Source: Candidatus Omnitrophota bacterium (GTDB lineage Bacteria > Omnitrophota > Gorgyraeia > Gygaellales > Profunditerraquicolaceae). From it: a stretch of 63,915 nucleotides of DNA. Below, one piece after another: positions 54,804 to 63,915 of the stretch; within the stretch, counting starts at the first letter, position 1; each line of letters begins with the position of its first letter. The notes under the pieces are model-generated. The model was not told the DNA's origin and searched no databases. It worked only from the letters and a program-made list of their open reading frames with translations. The position numbers and the translations under genes were made by a program. The DNA lies in NCBI GenBank assembly GCA_043809145.1, contig JAZDED010000013.1, positions 1 through 63,915 of the forward strand, given 5' to 3'.

Positions 54804-57800
54804 ATGGAAGATAAAGAATTAATCTATATTGACGATCTTACCGGAATCTATAACCGCCGGGCTTTCAAGGAAAACCTGGAAAAAGACCTTTCTTTACCCG
54901 AAGAACAGGTAAAAGATTTATACCTGGCGCTCACCGACCTCGACCATTTCAAGAAGATCAATGATACTTACGGGCATCTTAGCGGAGATTACATGATTAA
55001 GGCCTTTGCCGATGCCCTTACCCAGGGATTAAAGGGTACGGATAGTTTGGTTGCCAGATACGGCGGTGATGAATTTATAGTTATTTTAAGGAAAATGGAT
55101 AAGCAAAATATAATCAATCTCTTGGATAAGGTCAGGCAGGATTTGGCTCAAAAAGAATTTATTCTTCCGGAGAATAATCAGAGTATAAAAGTTACCATGA
55201 GTATTGGCATTTCAGGGTATCCTACCGACGGCAGGAACGTAGATGACCTTTTTTCCCAGGCTGACCAGGCGTTATATTCTTCAAAGCGCCTAGGCAGAAA
55301 TCGCCTGTCTCTGGCCAAGGATATTCTTGAGCAGGTTAAAGAGGAGAAGAGGGTAGAGGATGCAATCCTCAAACCTTTTTTTGTGGGCAGGGAAAATGAA
55401 TTTAACGAGGCTAAGAAGTTTTTATTCGGTGAAGAGACACACAAGGTCGTATTGATTGATGGCGATGTTGGAGTAGGTAAAAGCAGGATTTTAAATGAGA
55501 TCTTTGCGGCGACAAAAGAAAAAAATATTGAGGCTTTTCTTCTGGTTTGTTCGGAACTGCAGAAAGATAAACCCTACGGGCTCCTGGCAGATATTATAAA
55601 TGCTATCAGCCACAACCGCCTGGAGCCATGCCAGAAGATATATGACTCTTTAAAACCAAAGCAAAAAAAAGCCCTTTCAGGCCTCCCTACTCTAAAACTG
55701 CTTACCGGGTCTTCGGAAGCGATTACCGAATGGGATGCTGATGCCAGGTTAAATTTGTTCCAAGGCCTGGTGGATTTACTTGAACACATACTTAATGAGC
55801 TTAAACCGGTTATTTTGATTGATAACTTGGACTGGATTGATGAGGCAAGCGTGGAGATATTAAGTTACCTGATAGTTTCCAGAAAAGACTCTCCCCTTTC
55901 TCTTTGCGCCAGTGATAGCCGGCCAAGCAGCAAAAAAGACAAAAGGGAATCTCATCTGGATACCCTGCTCACTGAAGTCGCCGAATTCGAAATCGTTCCC
56001 CATATAACCCTGCCAACCCTGACAGAATATTCAATTCGTTATCTGTTGAATAGTATTTTTGGCGATGGCGTGATCCCTGACCATTTTATATCAAATGTTT
56101 GTTCTGTCACCAGAGGCAACCCCTTCTTTATTACCGAGTTATTAAGGGATTTATTAGCTAGAAACGTAGTCTATTTAAAATATCCGGAATGGGTATTCAA
56201 TGAAAAAAACGAAGCCCTGCCCCATGACTTAAAAGAATTATTGATGAGCAAGTTTAAGAGCATGGATCAGGAGGAGAAGGAGCTTTTGATGGCCGCAGCC
56301 GGCCTGGGAGGGAATCTTAAGTTTGACTTTCTCTCGAAATTAAAGAATATGAATAGCGGGTATCTTCAGGACATAATCGGTAATACCGCAGATAAAAATA
56401 TCTTTAATAAGGCTGAGGTGGGCATTTCAGGGGCGCTTGCTTTTAACAATGAAATGACCAGGGCTTTATTTTATGAGAGTATTGACGAAGAGACCAAGAA
56501 GAAGATACATTTCGATATCGCAACCGCGCTGGAAAATGAAAATAAGGGAAGCCTTGAGTCCATAAGTTCGGAACTGGCATATCACTTTAATAAAGCAAAC
56601 TTCATGGCTAAGGTAAAAGAGTATAGCGCAATAGCCTTGGCCTATATGGACAAACTTTTTTCTGACGCGGAGACAGAAAAGATCATTGAGGAGGCTGTCC
56701 GGCAAAGAGAAGAAAAAGACAAGTTTGAGCCGATAAAGGACGAGTCTTGGCCTTTTATCATGGAGATTATTACTTCTTTTAATTCGGCGATAAAAAATAT
56801 GCAATCCTATCAAGGATATAATGCCCTAACAGACAGAATGATAGAAAAGATTGTGTCTATTCTGGGTCAATTATTTAAGATGCAGAATAATCTTACATTT
56901 TGCAACCCTCAGGGAGTATCCAAGGACTCTAATTTAGTCTTGGTAAACGGGCAGGAATTTAAAAAGGCTACTGCTGTAGAAGAGACGGTGAGAAGAAGGT
57001 TAGTAGATATTTTAAAAATATCAAATATAGGCAGTATTACCTTTACCCGTGGCACGAAGAAGAAGGACCTGGAGATTTTTATCAGCATTTTAGGTAACCA
57101 AAAGCTCCTGTTTGAAAAGAAGGAGAATTGGTCAAAGGTTTTAGCTGAAAATAAGATTAGCGGCCTCAAGATTGATACAGTGCTTTATAAAAGAATACTT
57201 TCGGAAGATGAGAAGAATGAGTTTCACAAGGATTTTATCAAGGATTTTGTATCTAAAAAAGTAGCGATAGAGGATGTGGCTGGCGCGGGACAAAATGTGC
57301 AAATCAGCCTGGATAAAAGAATCCAGGGCATGTCGGAGCTGGAGAAGAATGTATTTGCTAAAACTATCGCGCATCTGCCAATAGATATAATTATGGGTGC
57401 TATAGCGGATGAATATAAAGGCCGCAAAGGCGCTATCCTGGATATCAAGGATATGGTTCTGGTTTATATAAGGAATGTCCAGCAAAAAGAACAATTTGCC
57501 CTGCTTTTACATAAACATTTGGATAAACTGGGTGTTTCAAAGGAGTGTTTCTCCTGGCTGATTGATGAAACGGATTTTCTGCAGTATCCGGTTACTAAAA
57601 GGGCCAATACATATATAAATACCGACGCCAAGACAATTTTAGAGATGGGGGTAATTGAAAACCTCAAGCCCACCCTTATTGAGCTTTTTAGCGCGAATGA
57701 GGATGAAGTGGCAAAAAGAGTGACGGATAAATATCTAAGTAATCTTCAAAGCGATGTCGCCGAATTCCGGGTTTATATGGGCAATACCTTGCAAGAGATT

Positions 57801-58664
57801 GTCAGTATTATTCCGGCTAAAATTTCTGCAGATTATATTAAAATAATCGCAAACACATTTAAGGAATCTTTAAAGAAGGAAAGTGACGCAACTGTTTACG
57901 CCTATTTAATAAAGAATGCGGGTTTGTTAATTTATAAGTTTTTGGAATTAAATGACTTTGAGAATATAGACAGTTTGCTGTTTTTATTGAATGAATTTGC
58001 AGGGGCAGCTTACCCAGTGGAATGGAAAAGAGATTTGACTCAAAAGGCATTGCAGGAATTCGATTCCGCAGACTTAAATACTCAATTGGCAGAGCTAATG
58101 AATGAGGCTGCTTTTGACAGTTCTAAAAACACTATTCTTGTGAGCATATTGAAGAAATTGATGCCTGCCCCTATTCCTTATCTTATTGATTTAATGTTAA
58201 AAAGGTCTGCGATTTCGTTGCCCTTTGAATGGTATTCGCAGAACCTGCAGATCATAGGTATATTCAAGGAATATAAGGCGGAGATTGTATCCGAGATAGA
58301 GGTAATGCTGGAACATGAGAATAAAGTAGACCTGGCCTTTGATTTACTGAAGAATTTCCCGGATGATAATCTTCTCTATTTTTATGAAAAGGCTTTATCG
58401 AGCAAGAAAGACAAAGTTCATAGGCGTGCCGTAAAAGCGCTGGCTGAACTGGATACAGAGGCGTCTCTAAAGAAGGTAGAAAATATATTTGCTAATATTG
58501 ATTCTGATGCGCAGAGGAAGGTCATCCAGTCTATATCTGAACACGGCCATAGTAAGCAAGCCCTTGTTTTTTTACTGAGGCTGAAAGACTCTCAAAACCA
58601 AGCGCATAATAGAAAAGAAATTCTTGAAGCTATAGAGAAGTTAAGAACCAGAAGCGGCGGTTAA
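54804..58664 (+). CDS. GGDEF diguanylate cyclase - STAND/AAA_16 NTPase - helical (TPR/HEAT-like) protein
   Basis: DLDHFKKINDTYGH, RYGGDEF, FVGRENE, GDVGVGKS, ILIDNLDWID, RGNPFF; C-terminal HEAT-like helices. Likely ATG 54804. Confidence 0.82.
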   Translation: MEDKELIYIDDLTGIYNRRAFKENLEKDLSLPEEQVKDLYLALTDLDHFKKINDTYGHLSGDYMIKAFADALTQGLKGTDSLVARYGGDEFIVILRKMDKQNIINLLDKVRQDLAQKEFILPENNQSIKVTMSIGISGYPTDGRNVDDLFSQADQALYSSKRLGRNRLSLAKDILEQVKEEKRVEDAILKPFFVGRENEFNEAKKFLFGEETHKVVLIDGDVGVGKSRILNEIFAATKEKNIEAFLLVCSELQKDKPYGLLADIINAISHNRLEPCQKIYDSLKPKQKKALSGLPTLKLLTGSSEAITEWDADARLNLFQGLVDLLEHILNELKPVILIDNLDWIDEASVEILSYLIVSRKDSPLSLCASDSRPSSKKDKRESHLDTLLTEVAEFEIVPHITLPTLTEYSIRYLLNSIFGDGVIPDHFISNVCSVTRGNPFFITELLRDLLARNVVYLKYPEWVFNEKNEALPHDLKELLMSKFKSMDQEEKELLMAAAGLGGNLKFDFLSKLKNMNSGYLQDIIGNTADKNIFNKAEVGISGALAFNNEMTRALFYESIDEETKKKIHFDIATALENENKGSLESISSELAYHFNKANFMAKVKEYSAIALAYMDKLFSDAETEKIIEEAVRQREEKDKFEPIKDESWPFIMEIITSFNSAIKNMQSYQGYNALTDRMIEKIVSILGQLFKMQNNLTFCNPQGVSKDSNLVLVNGQEFKKATAVEETVRRRLVDILKISNIGSITFTRGTKKKDLEIFISILGNQKLLFEKKENWSKVLAENKISGLKIDTVLYKRILSEDEKNEFHKDFIKDFVSKKVAIEDVAGAGQNVQISLDKRIQGMSELEKNVFAKTIAHLPIDIIMGAIADEYKGRKGAILDIKDMVLVYIRNVQQKEQFALLLHKHLDKLGVSKECFSWLIDETDFLQYPVTKRANTYINTDAKTILEMGVIENLKPTLIELFSANEDEVAKRVTDKYLSNLQSDVAEFRVYMGNTLQEIVSIIPAKISADYIKIIANTFKESLKKESDATVYAYLIKNAGLLIYKFLELNDFENIDSLLFLLNEFAGAAYPVEWKRDLTQKALQEFDSADLNTQLAELMNEAAFDSSKNTILVSILKKLMPAPIPYLIDLMLKRSAISLPFEWYSQNLQIIGIFKEYKAEIVSEIEVMLEHENKVDLAFDLLKNFPDDNLLYFYEKALSSKKDKVHRRAVKALAELDTEASLKKVENIFANIDSDAQRKVIQSISEHGHSKQALVFLLRLKDSQNQAHNRKEILEAIEKLRTRSGG

Positions 58665-58705
58665 AAACGGAAGAATCCTCAAGTTGTGTTCAACTCATGT
58701 ATTTT

Positions 58706-58787
58706 TGCGGAGGGAGGGAGTTGAACCCTCAAGGGTTACCCCATACGCTTCTGAGACGTACGCGTATGCCAATTCCGCCACCCCCGC
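58706..58787 (-). tRNA. tRNA-Leu(CAG), CCA not encoded
   Basis: Acceptor stem GCGGGGG/CCUCCGC, anticodon arm UACGU-CUCAGAA-GCGUA, long variable arm, T arm GAGGG-UUCAACU-CCCUC. Confidence 0.95.
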
Positions 58788-58820
58788 GCAATAGGAAGAT
58801 TTTTTTGTGATTAGAATGTA

Positions 58821-58849
58821 AGTATAGCCTACCAGTTCTTTTCTGTCAA
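58821..58849 (-). promoter_or_regulatory. Promoter of tRNA-Leu
   Basis: Minus strand TTGACA-17 nt-TATACT. Confidence 0.8.
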
Positions 58850-58944
58850 CCACTTATAAGTTTACATATCAGGCCAAATTTGCGGTAAACCAATATTTTA
58901 AGGAATATGCCAATATTTGTACTGTTTTATATAAGATAAAAGGA

Positions 58945-58973
58945 TTGCTGGCGTATTATTTTACTGATATAAT
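58945..58973 (+). promoter_or_regulatory. Promoter of the AEC transporter-smpB unit
   Basis: TTGCTG-17 nt-TATAAT with TGn. Confidence 0.65.
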
Positions 58974-58992
58974 AAGCATCTTTGGAGGATAA

Positions 58993-59949
58993 ATGCTCAT
59001 AGAATCTCTTAAAATAACCAGCAATGCCATAATTCAGAGCTTTATTCTGGGCCTGGTAGGTTATTTTCTCATCAAGCGCAATATATTGGGCCAAGAGGGG
59101 TTAAAGGCATTAAGCCGTCTGGTTTTGGAGATAACTTTACCTGCGCTTATCTTGTACAGGCTGTGTAAGGATTTTGATTTCAGCCGTTATCCGGATTGGT
59201 GGATTTATCCTTTGATTAGCGTAGTAATCAGTATAATCGCTATTTTTGTAGGTTTTTTGTTTACCGGTTTTATTAAAGATAATTTGGATAAAAGGCAGTT
59301 TTTGAGCCTGGTTTCTTTCCAGAATTCCGGTTATCTGCCGTTAGTCCTGATTGCCTCGCTTCTACCTCCGGACAAGGCAGATATTATGTTGATTTATCTT
59401 TTCTTATTCCTCTTGGGATTTAATCTTCTGCTTTTTTCTCTGGGGGTCTATATCTTAAACTACAGCCGGGGGAAAAAGTTTGACTGGGTGAGTTTATTTA
59501 ATCCACCGGTGATTGCGACCGTAGTCGGCTTATTAATGGTCTTTTTGAACTTACAGAAGTTTATACCCGGCTTAATTATTAAGCCATTGGAGATGGTCGG
59601 TGATTGTACTTTGCCGCTATCGATTTTTGTGGTAGGCGGAAACCTGGCTTCTATTCAATTATTGAAGGTGGATAGAAAAGGGATCTCGCTTTTAATCCTG
59701 GTAAAATTAATTCTTTTGCCTCTTATGGGGCTATGGTTTGTTTCATATTTCCGACTGCCCCAGCTGCTTGGACTTTTAATCGTGATGCAGTTGGCTATGC
59801 CTTCGGCAACCAATCTGGCCGTAATCTTAAACCGCTATAAGAAAGAAGACAAATTAATCAGCCAGGGGATATTTTATAGCCATTTATTCAGCCTGGTTAC
59901 TGTGCCTCTTTTTTTAAGTTTCTATTTTGCCAGGCTTATGCTAAAATGA
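58993..59949 (+). CDS. AEC family transporter
   Basis: About 10 TM helices; FQNSGYLPL, FNPPVIAT, QLAMPSA. Confidence 0.88.
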   Translation: MLIESLKITSNAIIQSFILGLVGYFLIKRNILGQEGLKALSRLVLEITLPALILYRLCKDFDFSRYPDWWIYPLISVVISIIAIFVGFLFTGFIKDNLDKRQFLSLVSFQNSGYLPLVLIASLLPPDKADIMLIYLFLFLLGFNLLLFSLGVYILNYSRGKKFDWVSLFNPPVIATVVGLLMVFLNLQKFIPGLIIKPLEMVGDCTLPLSIFVVGGNLASIQLLKVDRKGISLLILVKLILLPLMGLWFVSYFRLPQLLGLLIVMQLAMPSATNLAVILNRYKKEDKLISQGIFYSHLFSLVTVPLFLSFYFARLMLK

Positions 59950-60401
59950 GTAATACAGCCTCTACTAACCGTAAGGCATTCCGGGATTATGTGGTATTGG
60001 AAACTCTTGAATGCGGTATTGAGTTAAAAGGAGGCGAAGTCAAGTCCATTCGCGATGGCAGGATGAACCTGGAAGACAGTTTTGCCCGTATTGATAAAGG
60101 GGAGATGTCGGTATACAACATCCATATCAGCCCTTACACGCAGGCAAGCTATATGAATGTTGAGCCAACCAGGGTTAGAAAGCTACTTTTACATAAAAGA
60201 CAGATTATACGGTTAATGGGTAAAGTAACCCAAAAGGGCCTTACCCTGGTTCCCTTGAAGCTTTATTTTAACGAGAGAGGTTTTGCCAAGATTGAACTGG
60301 GTTTATGCAAAGGCAAAAAGCTTTTTGATAAGAGGGAAGATATCAAGCGCCGGGAAGTAGATTTGACAATGCGCCGGGCGATGAGGAATGTGAGGAAATA
60401 G
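59946..60401 (+). CDS. smpB: SsrA-binding protein
   Basis: NRKAFRDY, GIELKGGEVKS, RKLLLHK, KLFDKRE. Confidence 0.96.
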   Translation: MSNTASTNRKAFRDYVVLETLECGIELKGGEVKSIRDGRMNLEDSFARIDKGEMSVYNIHISPYTQASYMNVEPTRVRKLLLHKRQIIRLMGKVTQKGLTLVPLKLYFNERGFAKIELGLCKGKKLFDKREDIKRREVDLTMRRAMRNVRK

Positions 60402-60463
60402 TAGTCCCTCGCGTAAACGCTCGGGATCAAATTTCTTCAAAAGAAAAAAGTATAGAAAATTGA

Positions 60464-60871
60464 GGGGGTGAAAGGTCTCGACTTAGGATAGTTGGGTAAG
60501 AGCAGCATGCCGCGGAGGCAAGGTCGGCCGCGTTAACAATCCTTGCACAATTAAACGCAAAACCAACAATGGTTAACCGTCTACCAGTAGTCGGATCAGT
60601 AATGGTTCAGCCTCCGGTAGCGGGCGTTCCAGCCTTTAGCTTAATATAAGCTAAAGCCTCTCACCAGGTTGCCTGTGGCTTGAATGAGAGCCCTTAGCAG
60701 GATAGTTCTGGCCAGTTTGCCTTTGGGGCCAGGGCGAAATTAAAAAGGCTGCGCCCGGATGTATCCTGCCTGTCGGAGCCGTCGGGGTTAAGTTTAAAAG
60801 ATCAGGCTAAGCATGTAGTGGCTCTTATGCTTCTACTTAAGGACGCGGCTTCAATGCCGCCACCTCCACCA
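60464..60871 (+). ncRNA. ssrA: tmRNA
   Basis: 5' GGGGGUG pairs with CACCUCC-ACCA and has the G3.U alanine identity pair; GCAUGCCG/pk1 region; directly after smpB. Confidence 0.95.
60557..60649 (+). other. tmRNA tag reading frame, 30 codons: AKPTMVNRLPVVGSVMVQPPVAGVPAFSLI*
   Basis: Resume GCA lies 10 nt after pk1 (..CCTTGC ACAATTAAAC GCA); the TAA falls in the H5-like hairpin CTTTAGCTT/AAGCTAAAG. Confidence 0.75.
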
Positions 60872-61115
60872 ATTTTTTCTGACAAAGAAAAAATTGGTGG
60901 CACTCAAGCGAACGTTAAACGGCACGACAAGTGCCGTAGTGAGCGGAGTGCATACCATTTCCGACAAGGAAATTTTTGGTGGCACTCAAATAGGCACCGC
61001 AAAAAGCGTGCGGTGTAATTCACCGACCGCAAGGTTATAGTGAATTAAGCGTAGCCGAGCGACAAGCGAGGCAGCGAGTGTGGCGCCACCAATCCGACAA
61101 GCCCCGCTGCGCGGG
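60866..61115. repeat. Cluster of hairpins with recurrent GACAA after the tmRNA 3' end
   Basis: GACAA at 60881, 60926, 60963, 61061 and 61096; TTGGTGGCACTCAA occurs twice. Confidence 0.75.
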
Positions 61116-61140
61116 ATAACTAAACAGAAGCGTAAGGAGT

Positions 61141-62493
61141 TTGATGAAAGGAATAAATATGACAAGCAGACTATGGATTAAGCTGTGCAAGCTGGTTTTC
61201 ATTCCGACAGTTTTATTAATTGCGTTTTTTATCTCTACTCTTTGCCCTAAGATTCTTTTGGCAGCGGATAAGGCTGAAAAAGAGTATATCTTAATCGGCC
61301 ATCCTAATCCTTCTACAGGCCCGCTTTCTGAAATGGGAGAGGTTTCGCCCTGGATCGATGATCAATTCGTCGAGAAGATTAATGCCGGGGGAGGTATTTA
61401 TATTAAGGAGTATGGCAAGAAATTACCGATAAAGGTAAAGATAGTAGATACTGAAAGCAATCCTACCAAAGCCATTAGAGTGGCTACTGACCTAATACTG
61501 CAAGATAAGGTTGATATGATGGTGGTCATGCATACTCCGGATACGGTTAATCCGGTAACTGCTGTTTGCGAAAGGTATGAAATTCCCTGTGTGTCTACTC
61601 AGGCTCCTATTGATCCCTGGTTAAGCAACGGACCGTATAAATGGTCATTCCATAGTTTCTGGAACATTGATTCTTTGGCTGATGTTTATTTAGGAATATG
61701 GGATATAAATGCTAACCAGACCAACAAGGTAGTAGGTTGCCTTTGGCCTGGAGACGCCGACGGCATAGCTTTTTCTGAAGTTTTTAATAAAAAACTTCCT
61801 GCCCGCGGCTACAAATACGTAAACTACGAAGGTTTCTCTCATGGCATAAGCGACTTTAGCCCGGCAATCAACCTTTTTAAAAAAGAAAATGTTGAGATAC
61901 TTACCGGCGTATTAATATTTCCGGATTGGGTTAATTTCTGGAGGCAGAGTATTAAGTTAGGTTTTTATCCTAAAATTGTTACTATGGCTAAGGCTATTCT
62001 TTTCCCCAGCTCAGTTAATACCATGGTGTTAGAAGGCTTTTTACCCGAAGGCTGGACTACGGAGGTTTGGTGGAACCAGGATTTTCCTTTTAAATACTCA
62101 CTTATCGGCCATGATACATATGATGCTAAGGGGCTTAGCGAAAACTGGAGTAAAGATACAGGAAAACAGCCGACCATGGTTTTGGGATTTGTGCATGCCG
62201 GATTTGAGATTGCTATAGACGCGCTTAAAAGGGCGCAAACTTTGGATAAAGAGAAGTTGCGCCAGGCCATAGAAGATACTGACCTGGATACGATAATCGG
62301 GCATATTAAGTTTAACTCTGAAAACTATTGCCTAACGAAACTTGTCGGAGGCCAGTGGCTTAGAGGAAGCAGTTGGCCCTGGGAGCTAAAGGTTATTTAT
62401 GATCCGGCTAATCTTACAACAACTAAAACGCAGGGGATGTTTTTTCCTATGCCTAAGACTGTTTTGCCAGATTTAAAATCCAAGGCTAAATAG
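61141..62493 (+). CDS. Periplasmic ligand-binding protein (LivJ/Peripla_BP_6-like)
   Basis: N-terminal hydrophobic segment; IG..NP.TGPL, INAGGGI, VDTESNP, LDTIIGHIKF. Confidence 0.82.
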   Translation: MMKGINMTSRLWIKLCKLVFIPTVLLIAFFISTLCPKILLAADKAEKEYILIGHPNPSTGPLSEMGEVSPWIDDQFVEKINAGGGIYIKEYGKKLPIKVKIVDTESNPTKAIRVATDLILQDKVDMMVVMHTPDTVNPVTAVCERYEIPCVSTQAPIDPWLSNGPYKWSFHSFWNIDSLADVYLGIWDINANQTNKVVGCLWPGDADGIAFSEVFNKKLPARGYKYVNYEGFSHGISDFSPAINLFKKENVEILTGVLIFPDWVNFWRQSIKLGFYPKIVTMAKAILFPSSVNTMVLEGFLPEGWTTEVWWNQDFPFKYSLIGHDTYDAKGLSENWSKDTGKQPTMVLGFVHAGFEIAIDALKRAQTLDKEKLRQAIEDTDLDTIIGHIKFNSENYCLTKLVGGQWLRGSSWPWELKVIYDPANLTTTKTQGMFFPMPKTVLPDLKSKAK

Positions 62494-62502
62494 GGGGTAT
62501 TT

Positions 62503-63915
62503 ATGGTGTCGCTTAAGAATAAAGTCTGGGTGGGTATTTCTTCCATTCTTATTAGTTTTGTAATTATCGCCATTTTAGTGGCAATGGCAATAATAAATAA
62601 ACAGAGTGAAGATTCTGCCAGGCGTATCCTCAAGAGTGCCTATAATATTATTAATTACAGTATATTGGAGAAAAATAAGAAGCTTCTTAACGCAGCCTTG
62701 CAGCTGTCCTCGATAGAAGACATGGGAGGAAAGGTAAAGTATATCAAGGATAGCAGCAGTTTCTTTAAATATAATATTATGCGTCCGACGTATGTATCGC
62801 TAACCAGCTTATTGTATAATATCGCTTTGTCCGCTGATATCGAGAGGGCAGCTTTTTTTAATTTGGATAAGGAACTTATATCTTTTGCCATTATAGGGAA
62901 GAATAATTCTACGGTTGGGTTTCAATATAATAATCAGACTATCGAAACTGCTTTGCTATCGGAAAATCAGAAACTTGTTGACAGCTCTTGGCAGAAAAAG
63001 GAGAGTATCCCGTATTTAGGGATCAACTGGTCGCAATTGGCAAGAAGCGGAGTCGATACGCCTTTCCAGATAAGCGGGAGCGCCTTGTATCTGGTAGTTA
63101 ATACTCCGATTATAGGCATTGATTATAATTCTGCTGAAGGAGCGATGGAGTTTAGGCAGGTAGGGAGAGTGGCGGTCTCCCAGTCCTTAGGGGAAGATTT
63201 TGTGCGCAAGATGTCTGATTTAACGGGAGTAGATGTGAGTATCATCCATAAAGAAGGTTTGATCTCTGGGACCATAAGGAGCAATGAGAAGATTGATTTT
63301 AATGGCCTTGCCCGCCCTAAGAACTCCCGGTCTTTAATTGGCCGGCCGATATTCAAAGATTTTAATTTAGGCAATAAAGATTACTTTGAGATCATGCTGC
63401 CTCTATACTCCGGCCCTGAATGCATAGCAGTAATCAGTTCATTTTATTCAAAAGAAACAGCTAATGCCCAGGCCCTGCAGATAGTCAGGTTTCTGGCTTT
63501 ACTATATACGATTACGGTTATTCTGATTATTCCTTTGCTGGCTTTTATGTTCGCGCGCTGGGTAATTAATCCCATCAAAAGAATCGCAGATATGATGCGC
63601 CAGATAACAGCCAAGAAGGATCTTAATAAGAGGCTTAAGGTAGATAGCAATGATGAGATCGGTGAATTAGCCAGGGCATTTAATCAGATGGCTCATGATC
63701 TGCAAGAGACTACTACTTCTATAGGGAGCCTTCATAATGAGATTGAAGAGAGGAAAAAGATAGAAATAGAACTTAAATCTGCCTATGGCCAATTGCAGGC
63801 TGCCCAGGCTCAATTAGTGCAATCCTCCAAGATGGCTTCAGTGGGACTATTAGCCGGAGGTGTTGCCCATGAGATCAATAACCCTTTGACCGGAGTCTTG
63901 AATAATGTGCAATTG
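62503..63915 (+). CDS. HAMP sensor histidine kinase (3'-truncated by window edge; absent from ORF track)
   Basis: Translated by hand from ATG 62503 (SD GGGGG): two TM helices, HAMP ([14 protein letters not shown]), H-box [25 protein letters not shown]. Confidence 0.9.
   Translation, partial: MVSLKNKVWVGISSILISFVIIAILVAMAIINKQSEDSARRILKSAYNIINYSILEKNKKLLNAALQLSSIEDMGGKVKYIKDSSSFFKYNIMRPTYVSLTSLLYNIALSADIERAAFFNLDKELISFAIIGKNNSTVGFQYNNQTIETALLSENQKLVDSSWQKKESIPYLGINWSQLARSGVDTPFQISGSALYLVVNTPIIGIDYNSAEGAMEFRQVGRVAVSQSLGEDFVRKMSDLTGVDVSIIHKEGLISGTIRSNEKIDFNGLARPKNSRSLIGRPIFKDFNLGNKDYFEIMLPLYSGPECIAVISSFYSKETANAQALQIVRFLALLYTITVILIIPLLAFMFARWVINPIKRIADMMRQITAKKDLNKRLKVDSNDEIGELARAFNQMAHDLQETTTSIGSLHNEIEERKKIEIELKSAYGQLQAAQAQLVQSSKMASVGLLAGGVAHEINNPLTGVLNNVQL

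Noticed and set aside
60405-60426. Small REP-like hairpin TCCCTCGCGTAAACGCTCGGGA after smpB
   Set aside because: Single short imperfect copy with no U-tract; not enough to call a terminator or repeat family.
58665-61140. Prophage or integrative element at tRNA-Leu or ssrA
   Set aside because: No integrase and no long att duplication; only an 8-nt echo of the ssrA end.

Overview
Mostly housekeeping chromosome (about 40% GC by eye) from a diderm bacterium: hldD, lptFG, lolCE/D, mlaEFD and an AsmA-family gene are present. The gene order is Bacillus-like (mcsA-mcsB-clpC...radA-PIN/TRAM-ispD-ispF-cysE-cysS; tmk-holB-ricT-metG-tatD). This mix suggests Ca. Omnitrophota/PVC, but that is inference only. 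The window holds the glycine cleavage/lipoylation operon, thyX, truB, a DEAD-box helicase, lysS, mtnA, thiL, tsaEB, alr, comF, a Cache histidine kinase with four stand-alone receivers, pyrE, tRNA-Leu(CAG), smpB and tmRNA. It ends inside a HAMP histidine kinase. No CRISPR array, integrase, transposase or rRNA was seen. Best leads: (1) an AT-rich islet between cysS and tmk, where a DUF3800 gene faces a convergent ~70-nt structured RNA with its own promoter and terminator, bracketed by direct repeats and two large nested palindromes; (2) a three-copy, covarying double-hairpin leader fused to the SD of ilvE, clpC and cysE; (3) a tmRNA with a 30-residue tag ending FSLI; (4) a Maf-lipobox-M48 protease fusion; (5) an unannotated ATT-start CCCH zinc-finger microprotein in front of the DEAD-box helicase; (6) a GGDEF-STAND NTPase-helical repeat protein. 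All calls come from motif recognition by eye; no searches or folding programs were run.
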